A stretch of 62,759 nt of DNA, filler included, from Collodictyon triciliatum (GCA_043381765.1; 10 parts of 10 records of this genome joined end to end with filler, not necessarily neighbours in it), one strand, 5' to 3'. Counted from the first letter of the whole stretch, positions 12,552-27,028 are shown. Numbers and translations: made by a program. The notes: generated by a model not told the origin, from the sequence alone.

Positions 12552-13346
12552 TCATCTTTGTTTGGGAGTGGTGCGCAGCTGGGATTCCTTCTTCTTCACT
12601 GCAGACTCTGCAGAATCGATGCATTTGGAACGGGCAGCGTGAGTTTAAACTATCACGTGTTTGGAACGTCGCCTGCTTGGTGCAGACTCTGGCAGTTCGT
12701 AAATAAAAGGAAAAGAACGAAGGAGCCAGAGAGAATAATATAAAGGTAAACCTGCTGCTGGCTTTCGAATCTTGGAGTCCTGCAAACCCTTAGTTTCGAC
12801 ACTGCCTGTTAAAGTATCAGCAGATGCCTATATTTTAGTAGGTGCGCCCATCGTGCGAGGGTTTGTGTCGAGAAACATGAAAGCAATCGAGTCGGAAAGA
12901 AACCGTCGGCTGGTGCGTCTTTTGGTGGTGCTTGTGTGTTGTGGCGAACGAAACGACTCGCAGCTTGGGCGTCCACACGCATAGCCGGCTTTGCAACTAC
13001 ATATTCGATTAAATCGTGGTTCATGTCATCTGCAGATTCAGGAGAAGATTAAACATGCTTTTTCCCCTCGCCTTCTGGGATAACACAGAAACAATTTGTC
13101 TTTTGCAATCCGAACCTGACTCAAACTCCTTGAGCTTCGTCATGTACGACTTGACACGGTCCTGGAATAGAGCCAGGTAATCAGGTTTAAACATGCACAC
13201 AGCAGGCACACACAGATAGACGCAACACACAGATATTTACAATTGGATGTGGTTATATAGAGGCATGATGTATTCTGGATGAATCCTCACGAGTTCTGCC
13301 TTCACGGGATGCTCTTTGGGTTGGATTCCCTGGGTATTTAGATACA
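12552..13346 (-). CDS. C1D: C1D/Rrp47 nuclear exosome cofactor, 3' part (5' exons beyond contig end)
   Basis: Spliced reading YLNTQGIQPKEHPVKAEL|DRVKSYMTKLKEFES|VAKPAMRVDAQAASRFVRHN matches the C1D/Sas10-domain motifs. Confidence 0.82.
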
Positions 13347-13604
13347 CTGGAGAGTAAGGCTGATTAGTGGGGATACAAATGGCATGCTTATGGCCTTGAG
13401 AAAACAAAAAAGAAAAAAGAAAAGAAAAAAGAAAAGAAAAAAGAAAAGAAAAAAGAAAAGAAAAAAGAAAAGAAAAAAGAAAAGAAAAAAGAAAAGAAAA
13501 AAGANNNNNNNNNNNNNNNNNNNNNNNNNNNNNNNNNNNNNNNNNNNNTTAATTAATTAANNNNNNNNNNNNNNNNNNNNNNNNNNNNNNNNNNNNNNNN
13601 NNNN

Positions 13605-13644
<40 letters not shown>

Positions 13645-13834
13645 CCTTTTTTTCTCTCACCATTTCTACCCCCGGCACACCCCTTTCTATCACAACCGAC
13701 AACCGCGAATATGCGTTCTACCAGCAGAAAGGAACAGATGCAGTGTAAAAAAACCCAAACGCTGACATACAGAGAGGCTTCTTCACACCAAACGGCTCAC
13801 TAACCAGCAAGCCGGCCGCTCAAGCATCAGCCCC

Positions 13835-16800
13835 ATGTCACTCGCCTCAGAGCACAACACCACCTCGGAAAGTCTATCCGGTTTAGATTCGGCCTCCGTC
13901 TCGTCCGATCCCATCGATTTCCTTTCCTCGAAAATGTCTTCCAGCCAACTCAGCAGCCACGAGTCCGCCTCAAATACCCCAACTGTTGTGAGGCCTGCGC
14001 ACAAGAAGCCTGCATCAAGTAGTGAGAAATCGTCCGCCAGAACGAAGGCAAAGAGCAAAGAAAAGCCGTCGACAGAGTCTCTTGTTGCAGCACTTCGCCA
14101 AGACGACTTCGAGGCCATCCTTGACTGGATGAATCAGGCGATTTCTACCAGCACAGTCAAGGATCTGCGCGGCATTCTGAGTGAGCACATGTTCATGGGC
14201 AATGGAGATCGCCTCGTCTTCTGGATAGAGCTTGCCGTGTACTTGAAGCGCGTCTCTGCAAGATATGTATTCTCAAGAACACTTGTCGACGTGTTGCAGG
14301 ATAATCACGCATACCTGGAAACTATGTTGTCACGTACCCCGTTGCATGGTTTGGTTTCTTTTATAAAACATGATATAATTCACTTTGACTTGTGGGCCTC
14401 ATTTGAAGGTTTTGTCATCGTTTAGATGAAAATGGTGATGCTTACTTGGCTCCGTTTCAGAAGGTAGATGATCATACATTACGTGCCTCAGAAAGGCGAC
14501 CGAAGATATCTCTTATAGTCTTTTTGCTGAAAAAAAAATCCCTTTTTCATTTCTTTTGTTCCAAATTTTTACTTATTTGATCTTCCTAATATTTACAACA
14601 TTTAAGGTATAGTTGTATCTCTTTTTTTTATTTTTATCCTGTTTTAGTTTGTAATTTGTTTGATATATGACCTTCTCTTCTTATTTGGAATGGTTATATA
14701 GGATATATAAAAGTTAATTGAATAGGCCTATATCATTTGCCTTTCATAGGTGGCCATCGAATCTTTAAGTGAAATGGAAACTGATGTCGTCAATTACGTC
14801 TTGAATGAATTCGATTTATCGAGACGAATGACGAGTGACCAAACTGTTAAATACGCTAAAGGCCTAGTTGAGACAAAAAGGATAAAGGTTTTGAAGCATA
14901 TGTTGTTACTTTATGTCATCTTCAATTGGTTTACCAGCTACAAGTGCTTGTGTTTCATTTAAAAATGAAAGTTTACTTTATGATAATCCAGCCTTGTAAT
15001 ATACTGTAAGTAATCACGCTATCCTAACACTGCCCCAGGAAGCAGCAGCCATAGTTGGGTTCTTTAAGATACATGACCATTTTTCTGTTGAAGAAATTCT
15101 ACAGCCTCTCATATCTGCTCGCAGGTTTGATGCAGCAGAGAAATACGTATTAAATAAAGCAAATTTGCAAAGAGAAATGGTGAGACTGGTGAACATCCAA
15201 CCTGAAGGGGGATACAAAGTAATTTTCTTATTGTCTATCCTGTTATTGATACTTATGTCTCTGCTTTTCTTTGATTTCCACCAACAAAGGATAAATGACC
15301 TATGCATTATGTAGGCTGCTGGAAAATTGATAAGGAAGTTTGGTTTGGATATAAATGAGTATCCGGATATTCAGCACCGAATGGTTCTTGGTAACATACG
15401 CTGGATTATATCCGGTGAGAAAGAAGATATTTTGGATCACTTCTTAAAGGAGAATTTGGATTACCTCGGTGAAGCTATCAAGGAATTAATCCTTAGGTTG
15501 ATATTTGATTGTCTCACTTTATATATATTAACACTTATTCCTGCACAAGAACATATATTTGCTTGATTAGATAGCATTGTGAATCAAAATTGTACAGAAA
15601 GCACTATTCTTGGGCTCTGTCCGTCGTGAAGAACTTTAATATTAACGGACAGTACGGACCAGAGAGATTGACCTTCAAGGAATTGGAAAAGTTTGCCCAG
15701 GAAGACCAAAGCCCCTTGGGCAAAGATACACTCTCGGATATAGGGAAGGTCTACATTTTTACTCGTATATGTGTATAAGTTATGTGTTTGTATTTAGATT
15801 TTTTTTCATTTTTTTCGTCTTTTATTTATCATACATTAGTTATCAAAAATCAGTTATGTGGAATCTTGAAATATTCAAGGATGGTATCTATTCCATGCAT
15901 TCATATTCAGAAAATATTAGGATGAATATCTGCAATTGGATGAGTCACAAGTTGAAGTTGTGATAGTTGATAATGAAAATGCACTGGCTTTAGCAGAGGA
16001 AAATCTATTGCAGGAGGGTGCCATCGTGGGCCTAGATGCAGGTAAACATAGCGCAGTATATAAATGCAACTTTATAAAACAAGTGAAAACTAACCCCTCT
16101 AATTACTTTATATAGAATGGAAGGCGTCATTTTACGATCATGAGGAGCATAAGGCCGCTCTTTTACAAGCATCTTTGGAAAATATCGCATTTCTATTTGA
16201 CCTTACTTATTATGCAACTCCTTCAATTCCTTTGATATCGAGGTTACTTGCTGATGAAAAGATACTCAAACTTGGTAAATATAATAAAGCCGAAGCTTTT
16301 TTTAAAAAGATACTTATGGAAATTTTACATATTTTTTTTACCCTTTATTCGGTCCAAATAAAGATATGTGCGATTGTTGTAGAATATCCATTTTTTTTAA
16401 TAAATAAATAAATAAATAAATAAAAGTAGTCGTTAATTGAAAGTAACTGTATAGGCTTTGCTTTCTCACATGATATGACCCAATTGAGACGCTCCTTTCC
16501 TAGCTCGACATTCCTTCAAGATTTAAACAACTACATCGACATCTCTGAAATGTACTACTGCACAAAGTATAGAAATAAGCCAATCGGAAAGCAGAGCCTT
16601 ATAGTAATTTTTCTTTGCATACATGTATCTGGATGAATATACTTACTTGTGCATCATACAAGACTTATTGTGATCGAATAAAGGAAAAAAAATACAAGAC
16701 TTATTGTGAAAACCACCAAACGCTCACCCCTTTCAAACCCTAGGGTATTTCACTTTCCAGTGTTGTCAGAGATGTTCTCAATATTAACCTGAGCAAAAAG

Positions 16801-17909
16801 CAACAGTGCTCCAATTGGGAAAGACGCCCTCTAACGAAAGATCAAATCCATTATGCATCCCTTGATGCTCATTGTCTAATCGATTGCTATCACGAACTTC
16901 ATAAGCGCTCTATTGTAGATACAGGGGATTTGCCGAGCAGTTCTGTGATTACAAGGTCCCCGAATCCGGATAGGTCCATGAAAAAAGATATCTCGCCTCT
17001 CAATAACGAAGAAATTGCAAAGGAAGTTTTGGCCTTGCTTGAGTCGAAAGGTGGCCGGGAAGTTCGCTTCCTCGTGGACTCCAGTATGGGTAGGCTAATG
17101 AGGCAGCTGCGTGTGTTGGGAATCGACACAGAGTCGAGTCGCACGGCTGTTCCGGGAAAGAGTCCCTTCATTCCAGAGAGGCAATACGAGCGAGAGCTTG
17201 TCATGATGGCTGCTAAGGAAGAGCGCGTGATATTAACTCGCAACCAGAAACTTGGGGAATCAAGGCATTTATACACTCACGGCTTCAATGAGGGGCTCTT
17301 TGTGCGGGGTCGTGTTCCATGTGTCATTCTTCATTTCAACTCTTCTCAAGAGCAGCTTAAGTATGTCATCGAGCTTTTTCGGATCAAGATCAACAGGGAG
17401 AAGCTCTTGTCTCGTTGCTCTAAGTGCAATGGCGACCAGTTTTTGGAGCTGGATAAGATACAAGTCACCGACCGCGTGCCAGAAAACATCCTTCTGCTTG
17501 TCGATGAATTCTGGGAGTGCGGCAAATGTCGCCAGGTTTTTTTTTTTTCTACTTTTTTTTTTTTCAGTTCTTTATGGTTAAATTTGAAGTATAAACATAT
17601 TGGAATAGTATTGTACGTCATATCACGAAAGAATCCGCGTTACGTGTGTCATCGGAGACGATGCCTGTAATGTTTTTGCTCCCTCATAATGTCGTCTAGA
17701 TATACTGGGTTGGGCCCCAATACAGTAATACCATGGATTGGTGGGGCTCGATGGCGACTTATATTGGGGATGCCACATCGGAACCTGCTGAAGAGACTCC
17801 TACACAAACGGTGACCGAGGAAGCCGGAGTGTCGACCTACTACCACCAAAAAATACACTTTACAGAGGCCGGCGAAGAAGTTGAAGTCCGTGAAACCCAT
17901 TCTGCCTAA
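13835..17909 (+). CDS. EXD3: EXD3/Mut-7/Nibbler-like 3'-5' exonuclease with C-terminal Mut7-C domain (multi-exon; start approximate)
   Basis: DEDDy motifs IVGLDA|EWK, FSHDMTQL and QCSNWERRPLTKDQIHYASLDAHCL. Mut7-C motifs RFLVDSSMGRLMRQLRVLGIDT, ERVILTRN, SRCSKCNG and FWECGKCRQ|IYWVGPQY. Stop TAA at 17907-17909. Confidence 0.88.
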
Positions 17910-18401
17910 TTGACGGCGACGGCACTACGTGACTCGCCAACCAGCAAAATGCTATGTTATAAAAGAAAGTCTTCTCTGGCTATATCTTGTGCCAACCAAG
18001 GAAGTCAACCGCGCCCGTCTAGCCCTGCTTTTTTATTCGCTCTGTGGCGATGGGAGCATAATAAGCGAGAAAGAGAGACTCACTTAACAGGCTCGACTAT
18101 CTATTCTCCTGTTACATATCACATTAAAATTAAAAATCATATGACTATTAATAGATGTGAATGGTCAGCAGTTTTACATTCGTAAGGTGTAAATCAATAT
18201 ACTATATTTTCCAGAATCATCTTATTTGTGGCCGTCTGATTCATCTGTTTTCTGGCGAAATCGAAAGCTCAGGATCAGGCTGGGATGGCAAAGAAGGAAC
18301 ACGCTCAACACAACCATTTCATGCAGCCCATTGCAAACTTATTACCCGCGTATATGTTGGACTTTAGAGCCGAACGCTACAAACACACCAGAAGGTAAGG
18401 A

Positions 18402-19013
18402 ATGGGCAAAAGCGTTCGAAGCAAGATCGTAAAAAGGAACCAGGCAGCACAGCGCGACCGCTACATTCACCTCGTTCACGAGAGGACGCGCAAGCTTGCA
18501 GATAAGCTGAAGGAGCAGATCGCTAGTGACTTGAAGATGGAAACAGAGAAAGAAGCCAAAGAGACTAAGCCGAAAGAACAGGGCGGAACCCAGGGAGTGG
18601 CGACAGAAATGCTGGGTAAGTTTGATTAGTGGGGTTATATATGCATCATACTCAAACTGTTTCCATCTCTGTTACCTAACAGTATTAAAACCATGGTTCT
18701 ATAAGATGGGACTTAGAGACATATCAACTGTGATGTTTGCTTTTTGTTAATAATGAGAGTATACTGATATGTTTTTTCTTTATTTTCCCGTCTTCTTTTC
18801 CTTGGAGCAGTCTCCAAAAAATCAAAGAAAGGTGGCTGCGTGTCTTATTCACAAAATATCCATTTCGTAATGCATCAATAGCATTTGTATCCACGGCTTG
18901 ATATTAAAATTCTAATCCTAACCATTCTCTTGGATTTAGCTCCCAAGAAACTTCGGTCAAAGAAACTACTTGAAATAGCATTCAAAAAGCCGAATCATAG
19001 GTGGAAGGATTAG
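18402..19013 (+). CDS. LLPH/DUF2423-like small basic nucleolar protein (3 exons, including a 21-nt exon at ~18811-18831)
   Basis: N-terminus MGKSVRSK... resembles the LLPH MAKSLRSK motif. Phase-1 splicing gives a Lys-rich tail ending KKPNHRWKD*. Confidence 0.6.
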
Positions 19014-19449
19014 AGCGCGCTGGCTTTTCTGTTGTTGTTGTTTTTTTTTTTTTTTTTTCCAACAAACATACGCCACTCGCCATTCTTTTCAGTTTTCTTT
19101 AATAGCATCTCTGCCGCCGCAATGTAAGAAGGAACATATGGCTGTATGAGAGAAATAAATGACCTTGTTTTCCCGACCATGAAATAACTAATTTTTTTAT
19201 AAGCAAATCGATAAATAAAAGAAAAACAAAATAATACTTGTTTCCTGGTATATCACTTGGATGCAAATTTGATATATCACGATTCGGGTATTTCTTGTGT
19301 TGTGAAACAGATGTAATTGGAATTATCCTCACAACCCCCTTTCATGTTGTCTTTCACCTGGTTTATGATTAAGGAAACATCACTGTGTCGTTAGACCTTG
19401 CACTGTTTGAGTAGTCATTAACTATGTATATGTATTTCCTTTATTCGAT

Positions 19450-19620
19450 TTGAAGTGCTGCAAGGTTATGCCATACAAGGGGCGGGTTAGGTGCGCATGG
19501 TAGAGAGCAAACGCTAGTAGAAGACGTTATTGTGGAGATATTTATACTGGAAAGAAATCTGTGATAGTGGGTTGGTCAGGTGGGTGGCTTAAGTAGTTGA
19601 TTGGCTGTGTGGGTGACAGT
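19450..19620 (+). repeat. Dispersed ~170-bp repeat, copy 1 (homologous to the reverse complement of 40500-40670)
   Basis: Shared blocks CATACAAGGG, TGGTAGAGAGCAAACGCTAG, AGAAGACGTTATTGTGGAGA, AAAGAAATC and TGGTCAGGTGGG occur in the same order. Confidence 0.85.
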
Positions 19621-20400
19621 GGTTGGATATGTTGTGGGAGGTATAAGGCAAATCAGGGTCTATGAACTTCAGCATTATAAAGACCCTGTTCATCCAGGTT
19701 CCCAAGCCCCTGTTGTCTTTTTATGCATAATTCACATGCGCTCATGTTATTGTAACATAACACAACCCTTCGTACCTTCAAAATAAAAAGTAACCACGCG
19801 TTGTTCGAACCCACTAGCCACGCGGTGTGTAATCATAATTAGATAAACTCAATACTCGTCCACGTGTCTCATAAAAAAAAAATATCAAAGGAAATGAATA
19901 TGGAAATAAAATCTGAACGCAGTGATTTTTTCAGATTTACTCAAGTAATCCAATTAATATCGTTTGAGTTCTTTTAGAATGAAAAATCAAGTGACCAAAC
20001 AAGAAAAATGTGTCAGGCATCGAGTAGATTCTTTTTTTTCTCCCTTGAAAGAGTCTTCCGACCTTTCCTGACACTTTATAGCATACCCTATTTTGCTTCC
20101 TGAGAAAAATAATATAAAAACGACAATAAAAAAAAACAGTATGTTTATTTTTGTTTTGTTTTTTGTTTTTATTTTTGTTTTTATTTTTGTTTTTATTTTT
20201 ATTTTTATCTTTATTTTTATCTTTATTTTTATCTTTATTTTTATCTTTATTTTTATCTTTATTTTTATCTTTATTTTTATCTTTATTTTTATCTTTATTT
20301 NNNNNNNNNNNNNNNNNNNNNNNNNNNNNNNNNNNNNNNNNNNNTTAATTAATTAANNNNNNNNNNNNNNNNNNNNNNNNNNNNNNNNNNNNNNNNNNNN

Positions 20401-20467
<67 letters not shown>

Positions 20468-20685
20468 TCCATTCAGTATCCTTCTCGTGCTTTGAATCGA
20501 ATAAAGAAAAAAATGTCTCCTTCTTGTGCCGATGCTAAGGAACGGAGCTGAAAAAGGCGATTTTCGATGCGCCAAAACATATGAAGGGATATTGTTTTAC
20601 TAATATGGTATGTATTTTCTAAAATCAGAGGCAGGAACTTAGTGGGTTGGGGCGGGCGCACGTCTTTGGGTTCTCTGCTGTCTCT

Positions 20686-23600
20686 TTATGAGTCCGCATC
20701 GATATTTGTATTCTCGAGGGAGGATATCTCTGTGTTGCAGAAGAAGCATCGGTTTGAAGTGACCATGTGTCTGGAGATGCATCGGCGGCAGGAACGGTGC
20801 TGGGTCGGGAGGGTGCATGAATGAGTGGAAAGAATAACAAAGATTGGTTTTAATAAAGGGAAAAAAAAAAGATTGGCTTTGTTTACGAAATAAGCATTTG
20901 AACTAATTAAAAATAATAAAAGTAAAGAAATAATGATAAATATGGAAGGGGTGAGTGTAATTTATATGTGCAAAATGCTTGAGCTGGGGGTGGATAGGAG
21001 TGCAATTCGAATTGAAAATAAGATACCTCATAAGTAGAAGTAGAAAAGTAGTAGTAAAAGTAGATGCATTTGGAAGAATGCAGATAACATAAATTCTTAC
21101 TTTACATGGGAGAAAAACCGTATCCAAGCATCCAGTATAGCATATGGGACATGTTTCCTATATGATGATATGATGTATTATGAATAAAGAGGGGGAAATG
21201 ATATAGTGCATTTTCAAATTGTAACTAGCTTCTCGCTTTGATTTATCTTACGTTTGGGGGGTGTTGTGATAATCAATTGTAGTCTTTGTCTTTATCAGAC
21301 TAAAGAAGGAATGGAGATGCTCTTTATGAAAGAAGCCAACATACGGCTCGGTTATTTGAAGATGATAATTTATATATGTCCTTTCTAATGCAACTTGCCT
21401 TATTCTCAGGATTCTCATTCTGACTGGACTGGGTTTGAGAACCTGGACGCTCCACTAAATTTTGCAACACTTGCACAAAGTTGGCAAAGTTTAGGATGGA
21501 ATCAGCTGTATCTGGGTCTAATGATGAATAGTGAAAATAGCATTTAATGAGGATTTTCCTACAATTTTTCTATTTTTTATATTGTTTGTTTGAGTTGTTC
21601 ATATAGGTTTGATGCCGATCTATATATTAGGGTGGTCATTATACAAACCATCCATGTTGTTCCAGGGAAATGATAAAAGACTTATAAACGGCCCGATGGA
21701 AAATGATGGGTCTTGTGTTAATGATGACCATAAGGTGTGAGTTTGACGCACAGATCCCATGTGCTCACTAGGCTTGTGAAGTTGAGATATAATTCCAATG
21801 ATAGGTGCCAATATATCAGTTGTAGAGAGTATTTCCAGATCTGTTGGTAAGGCATTCAAGAGATTAGTATTTTCATGGATAAATGATATGCAATAAAAAA
21901 AATTTTAAAAAAAAATACATTAAAGTATCAGCATGAAAATAAATACCGCTATTCAGAGGCCTGGCGATTTCTAGTAAAGCTCCTTCTCTCCCAATTACGA
22001 CGCGATTGATCGTGGAGACGACAAGTTCACAGAGACGTGTCAGATTCATTTCCTATTCCAAGTTTTAAGCATGGTAAAAAGCAGGACGATAAAATGCGAT
22101 TCAAGACAAATTTCATCATAGTAAAATGGTTAAAAATTGACATAAGATACATATTGATAAAATATCAGTTCTAGTATACTTGGCCGTGCAGAAATGACTG
22201 AGGTACAGAAAAGGATATGAACTCGAGCAACTAAAAAAGCAGATTTTATCAGATCTCACTCTGGATTCCTTTTATTTAGATTTTGAATGAAATTTACGGC
22301 ATTTAATATTAAATCATGCGACACTGTGTATACAGTAAAAAAAAAAAAAAAATGCACCGAGAAAGTAGATATTTTTAACAAACCCGCAATAAATGAACTG
22401 AGTATTCGAATAAAACAGAGCACCGCTTTATCAATTGCTGGAAAGGTGCTCCCTGTCGGTTTTGAACTGTAGATATCTATATTCACATACATTAAATATA
22501 CAATAAACGAAGCGACTGAATAGACCTAAAAAAAAATTTTTATTTATTCGATTCAAAGGAATAGACCTAAAAATAATCAAAATGAATATAAAATAAAGTA
22601 AAATTTAATGATAGGAAATATTCAAGGTCGAACCTCACGGATTACTACGCCAAATTCTGTTAGGCACATATTCAAGTTGTTGAAGACCCGATTAAGGAAG
22701 GAATCTACCGATTCCTGCGATGTTTGACATGCAACGACGAAAAGGTCACTGAAGGAAGACATCTCATTTACAGTTTTTTTTTCGCAGAACCCGCGGCCCT
22801 GCACCAAAGAAATATTACAAAAGCCATCCTAGAATACTGAAGTTCAAAGAAAAAGTGGATACTGGCATGCCCATAAAAATAAATGCAACGAGACCTTCCA
22901 GAAGAGCAGCATAATATTAGTAATACTGAGCCAGTTATGCTGGTCGTATGCGAGAAGGAGGGATCTATTAATATGAATTGGCAGGACATTACTGATAAGT
23001 TGATATTCATAGTAGATCATTTCTTACTTCATCAAAGATTCCTTAACAACTCTGCATTCAGAGAATATGATTGCGTAATGGGGATACTGGAGGAGGATGA
23101 AAATTGACTGAAGCATCAAATCCTTCATATCTAATATAAATTATAATCATCACAAGGTGTTGGTATCGGCTTGCAGAAAAATAAAGCATGCATTGTGAGC
23201 GTGATTCGAAAATAACGTCCTGATAGAGTGCGCATTTGATGGTCACTTGCTTACCAACACTTGAAATCCTGTCATCACGGAAATGCAGGACAAAAAACTC
23301 GACAAATTCTAACAAACAATCCGCTACAAAAATGTATCTCGTAAAAAAGAAAAATAGAATTATACAGGAGAGTGGTCAAAATTGTTTTATTTATTTAGCA
23401 TGTATGTATGTATGTATGTATGTATGTATGTATGTATGTATGTATGTATNNNNNNNNNNNNNNATGTATGTATGTATGTATGTATGTATGTATGTATGTA
23501 TGTATGTATGTATTATTAATGTTGTTATTGTTACTATCATTATATACATACGGTGAGTAACTAAATAGACAGGGTCAATACGACGAAGTGTGTGAAAGGC

Positions 23601-26600
23601 ATCCAACATTCCTTCCATGTACATCTCAGGAATAAAGCGAAAGATTAACCCGTCCCGAGAGGCTCTTAAAATCACTTGGTTGAGAAATGAAACAGACTGC
23701 ATCATTATTTGAATCTTTTCCTGTTAAAAATACATAAAGTGTTACAAGGACAAGAATGGTAGCATTAGGATTTGAAATCGTATATCATTTCCTTTATATC
23801 ATTAATGGCCAAATGATTATTTTTATCAAAGATACCAGCCGTAGTAATAATCTGAAAACTCACGTGATTGTGATAGATGATACAATTCCAACAAACGTGA
23901 CGAACAATTTCTATTACATCATTTCTAAACGTGCGATATGTTTCTAATATCTCTTGATGATTTCCAATCTTTCAAAGAAAAGAAGAAAAGCGAGCAAATG
24001 ATTTCAGTCTCTCTCTCTCTTTTTATTTCTTTTTCGGCATTTATTTTGATTTTGGGATATAGTATATTCGTTTTTTGTATTGTAATAATGTATATATTAT
24101 TTGCGATTTCATTTGTTATATTGGGTGAATTGTTACTGTGTCAGCCATCTCATTTATCCTCGACTCAGCTTCTTCTAACTGGATAAGCGTCTGTCCTTGG
24201 TTTTGTATCATGGTCAGAAGATTTTTAGATCTCAGTGACACGCAAGCTTGGTAAATGAAAAGAGCGATGGAGAACAATTCGTATTCGTATCCTATATGCG
24301 AATCTACATTCAAATTAGTTTTTATTATTTTTGGGAAAATAAAGGTATTAAATTGGTTGCATGTACTTGAAAAAGAAAAAGGCCAAAGTCTTGAACTACC
24401 ATATTAAAATTCGTATTTTCTTTTCTTTTCTTAACGTTACTATCATTCGAAAGTATTAGGGAGTAAATATAAGCCAAAAAGGTCGCATTTATAAACTAGG
24501 AGATTTATAAATACCTATTTTAATTTTTTTCCCCTTTATTTGATTCAAGGGCATAAAACAATTTAAAATTAAAACCTGCACTGAGCATCTGAGTTACTTG
24601 TTCCTCGTGAGCTATGGCCAGGCTAATAAATTGTCCACTTAGTCTCGACATATCCATGTCATACCGGGGAGCTAACCTTTTTTTTTTAAAAAAAAAAAAA
24701 AATCAAGCGATTTTATGACAAGGAATTGTCTATTTGTTCGTAGCTATGTAGATGATTGGATATATATATATGGGTGTATATATGGGTGTGTAAAATGTGA
24801 ACAAAATTTGGTGTATACCACATGCTAAATGGGAATATTTCTGTTTTTCCTTCAGCAAAGAATCCTTGTTCAGAAAGAAACTTTAGGATCATAAAGTATA
24901 TCGAAGATAAGGTAATCGGTGTCGATAAATTCGAATTGTGAGGCTGCAGAAAGGTAATTGATTAGAATTCTATAACTTTGAGCCAATCAAAACATTTCTG
25001 TTCATCACCAATAATCAAAAAAAAATATCTCAGCAGTTTGACATCGAATTCATACTAACTTGTCGATTGTAATTTCTATTTCTCCTGCGCAGGTAGCGCA
25101 ACCACATCATCACTGCCTCTCTTGGCGTTTTTGATATTGAGCTGGAATTTATTCTCTAGTGGATATATGAGTTTTGTGCTTGAAATTCGAATGCCACGGA
25201 AAATGACTGGTGAATGAAGACCGCCTATCTTCTCCACCCATTTCATCTCGCATTGATGGAAAGGACGAGAAAGAAAGAAAAAGCATGTTCATGAAACTGG
25301 AGAATGTGCTTTCTGATACAAAATTTACTCTAGAAAGTTTTTCGTCATCCTTGATTAGTCTTTCAAACATGGCGAGCTGGAAGAATTCGACTCTGTTTAT
25401 TAAGTACTTGGTTAAGTCAAGTTAAAAGTTTCTGTTTTATGTTTCTGTTTGATAAACTGGTATATAACCTAATCATTAACAAACAAACAAACAAACAAAC
25501 AAACAAACAAACAAACAAACAAACAAACAAACAAACAAACAAACAAACAAACAAACAAACAAACAAACAAACAATTTGTGCGTCCAAAATTAAATCAAGA
25601 ATAAAATGAATCATTCGTCTATTTTATAAAAGAAATCCTACGATGTGACTGCAGTGAATAAACGACTTCTGCTCGCATCCATCTGTTTCTCATTTTCGTA
25701 TTTCTAACATAGAATATTTTTGTAACTATTGTGAAATATTTATACCGAATATTTTATTTTTCCCTTCATTTGACTCAAAAATAACCATTTCGTTATATAT
25801 ATTGATTCTGACAAACATTGGGGGTGCTGCACGTTACAACTGGGATGGCTATTTCTAAGTCATACGAATTAGGTTGCTTTAGGGAGAAGAAGCCTTCCAA
25901 ATCCTCACAGAAACTAAATCCCGAAGAGAATTTGTTGTTTGACGCTCGTGAAATAATAAAAACAAAAAGTAGAATGAAATGGTAATAAATTGTTCATCGA
26001 ACGATAAGGCATCGGTAATTTAATAGGAATAAGGCGATTTGAGAAACCAGACTAAATAATGTTTTACTTTTCAGAGTGAATCCATGAACTTAAAGCACTT
26101 CGGCAGTAGAAAATCTCAATGGCAAGTACGATAAATGCCTGTACCGTAAAGTGTTTATTGAATGAAATTTGAAAATACTGTGCCATGGAAAAAAAAACAT
26201 TTGTCAAGCAACGAAATTGTAAGGATGTATTTAATTTGCATACTTTAGGTCCTTGGTATGATTCACGTATCGCAAAAGCGGCTCGAGTCTGAAGTGATAG
26301 TGATGAAGATGGTGAAGATGGTGAAGATGGTGATTGTAGTAGTAATAGTAATAGTAATAGTAATAGTAATAGTAATAGTAATAGTAATAGTAATAGTAAT
26401 AGTAATAGTAATAGTAATAGTAATAGTAATAGTAGTAGTAGTAGTAGTAGTANNNNNNNTAATAGTAATAGTAAACAGATAATCAAATAATAATAAAGAA
26501 GTAATAAAAATACTGAATTGCAAAGGAACGCATATCTATAATGGATAAAATATGTGGATGTGACCGGTGTATCATACTTTCATATTTTCAACTTCATATT

Positions 26601-26985
26601 TTCAATACCTTAGAGGATAGATACGTCATGATTGTCGATATACAAAAATCAAATGTTGCTTCCTAAATGAAAAGCACAATATCGTAATGAATCGTTTTAA
26701 ACATTAAGTATTCTATTCAATAAATAAGAGCTCAAATACCTCGAAATGTTCGTGTAAATCCATGAGAAAATCATCGCAGTAATGATGAATTTCTTTTTGA
26801 TTCTCAGTTTTTGCAGATAATTTGTGACGAGTAAGCATCAATTCGTACATGTAAGGAATCAAATAATTGATAATTGTGCACTTCTATGTTAATGAATGTT
26901 CTTTTTAAAAAAAAAACCAATCAAACTACAGAAAGGCCTAGTATTGAATAAATAGTAATCAAGTCGATCCTGGTCCCATAACTCT
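20686..26985 (-). CDS. RNF123: RNF123/KPC1-type E3 ubiquitin ligase (many exons; 5' end truncated by contig end)
   Basis: C-terminal RING ETCPICYTGCLDTVFLPCK|HRSCRRCISRHMVTSNRCFFCNTEI. Internal motifs FIPEMYMEGMLDAFHTLRR and SFLNRVFNNLNMCLTEFGVVIREV. The 5' boundary is approximate. Confidence 0.85.
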
Positions 26986-27028
26986 AATTATTGTTGTTTT
27001 TTGTTTTGTTTTGTTTTGTTTTGTTTTG

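Noticed and set aside
19795-19830. tRNA gene suggested by GTTCGAACCC (B-box-like)
   Set aside because: No cloverleaf stems or correctly spaced A-box were found.
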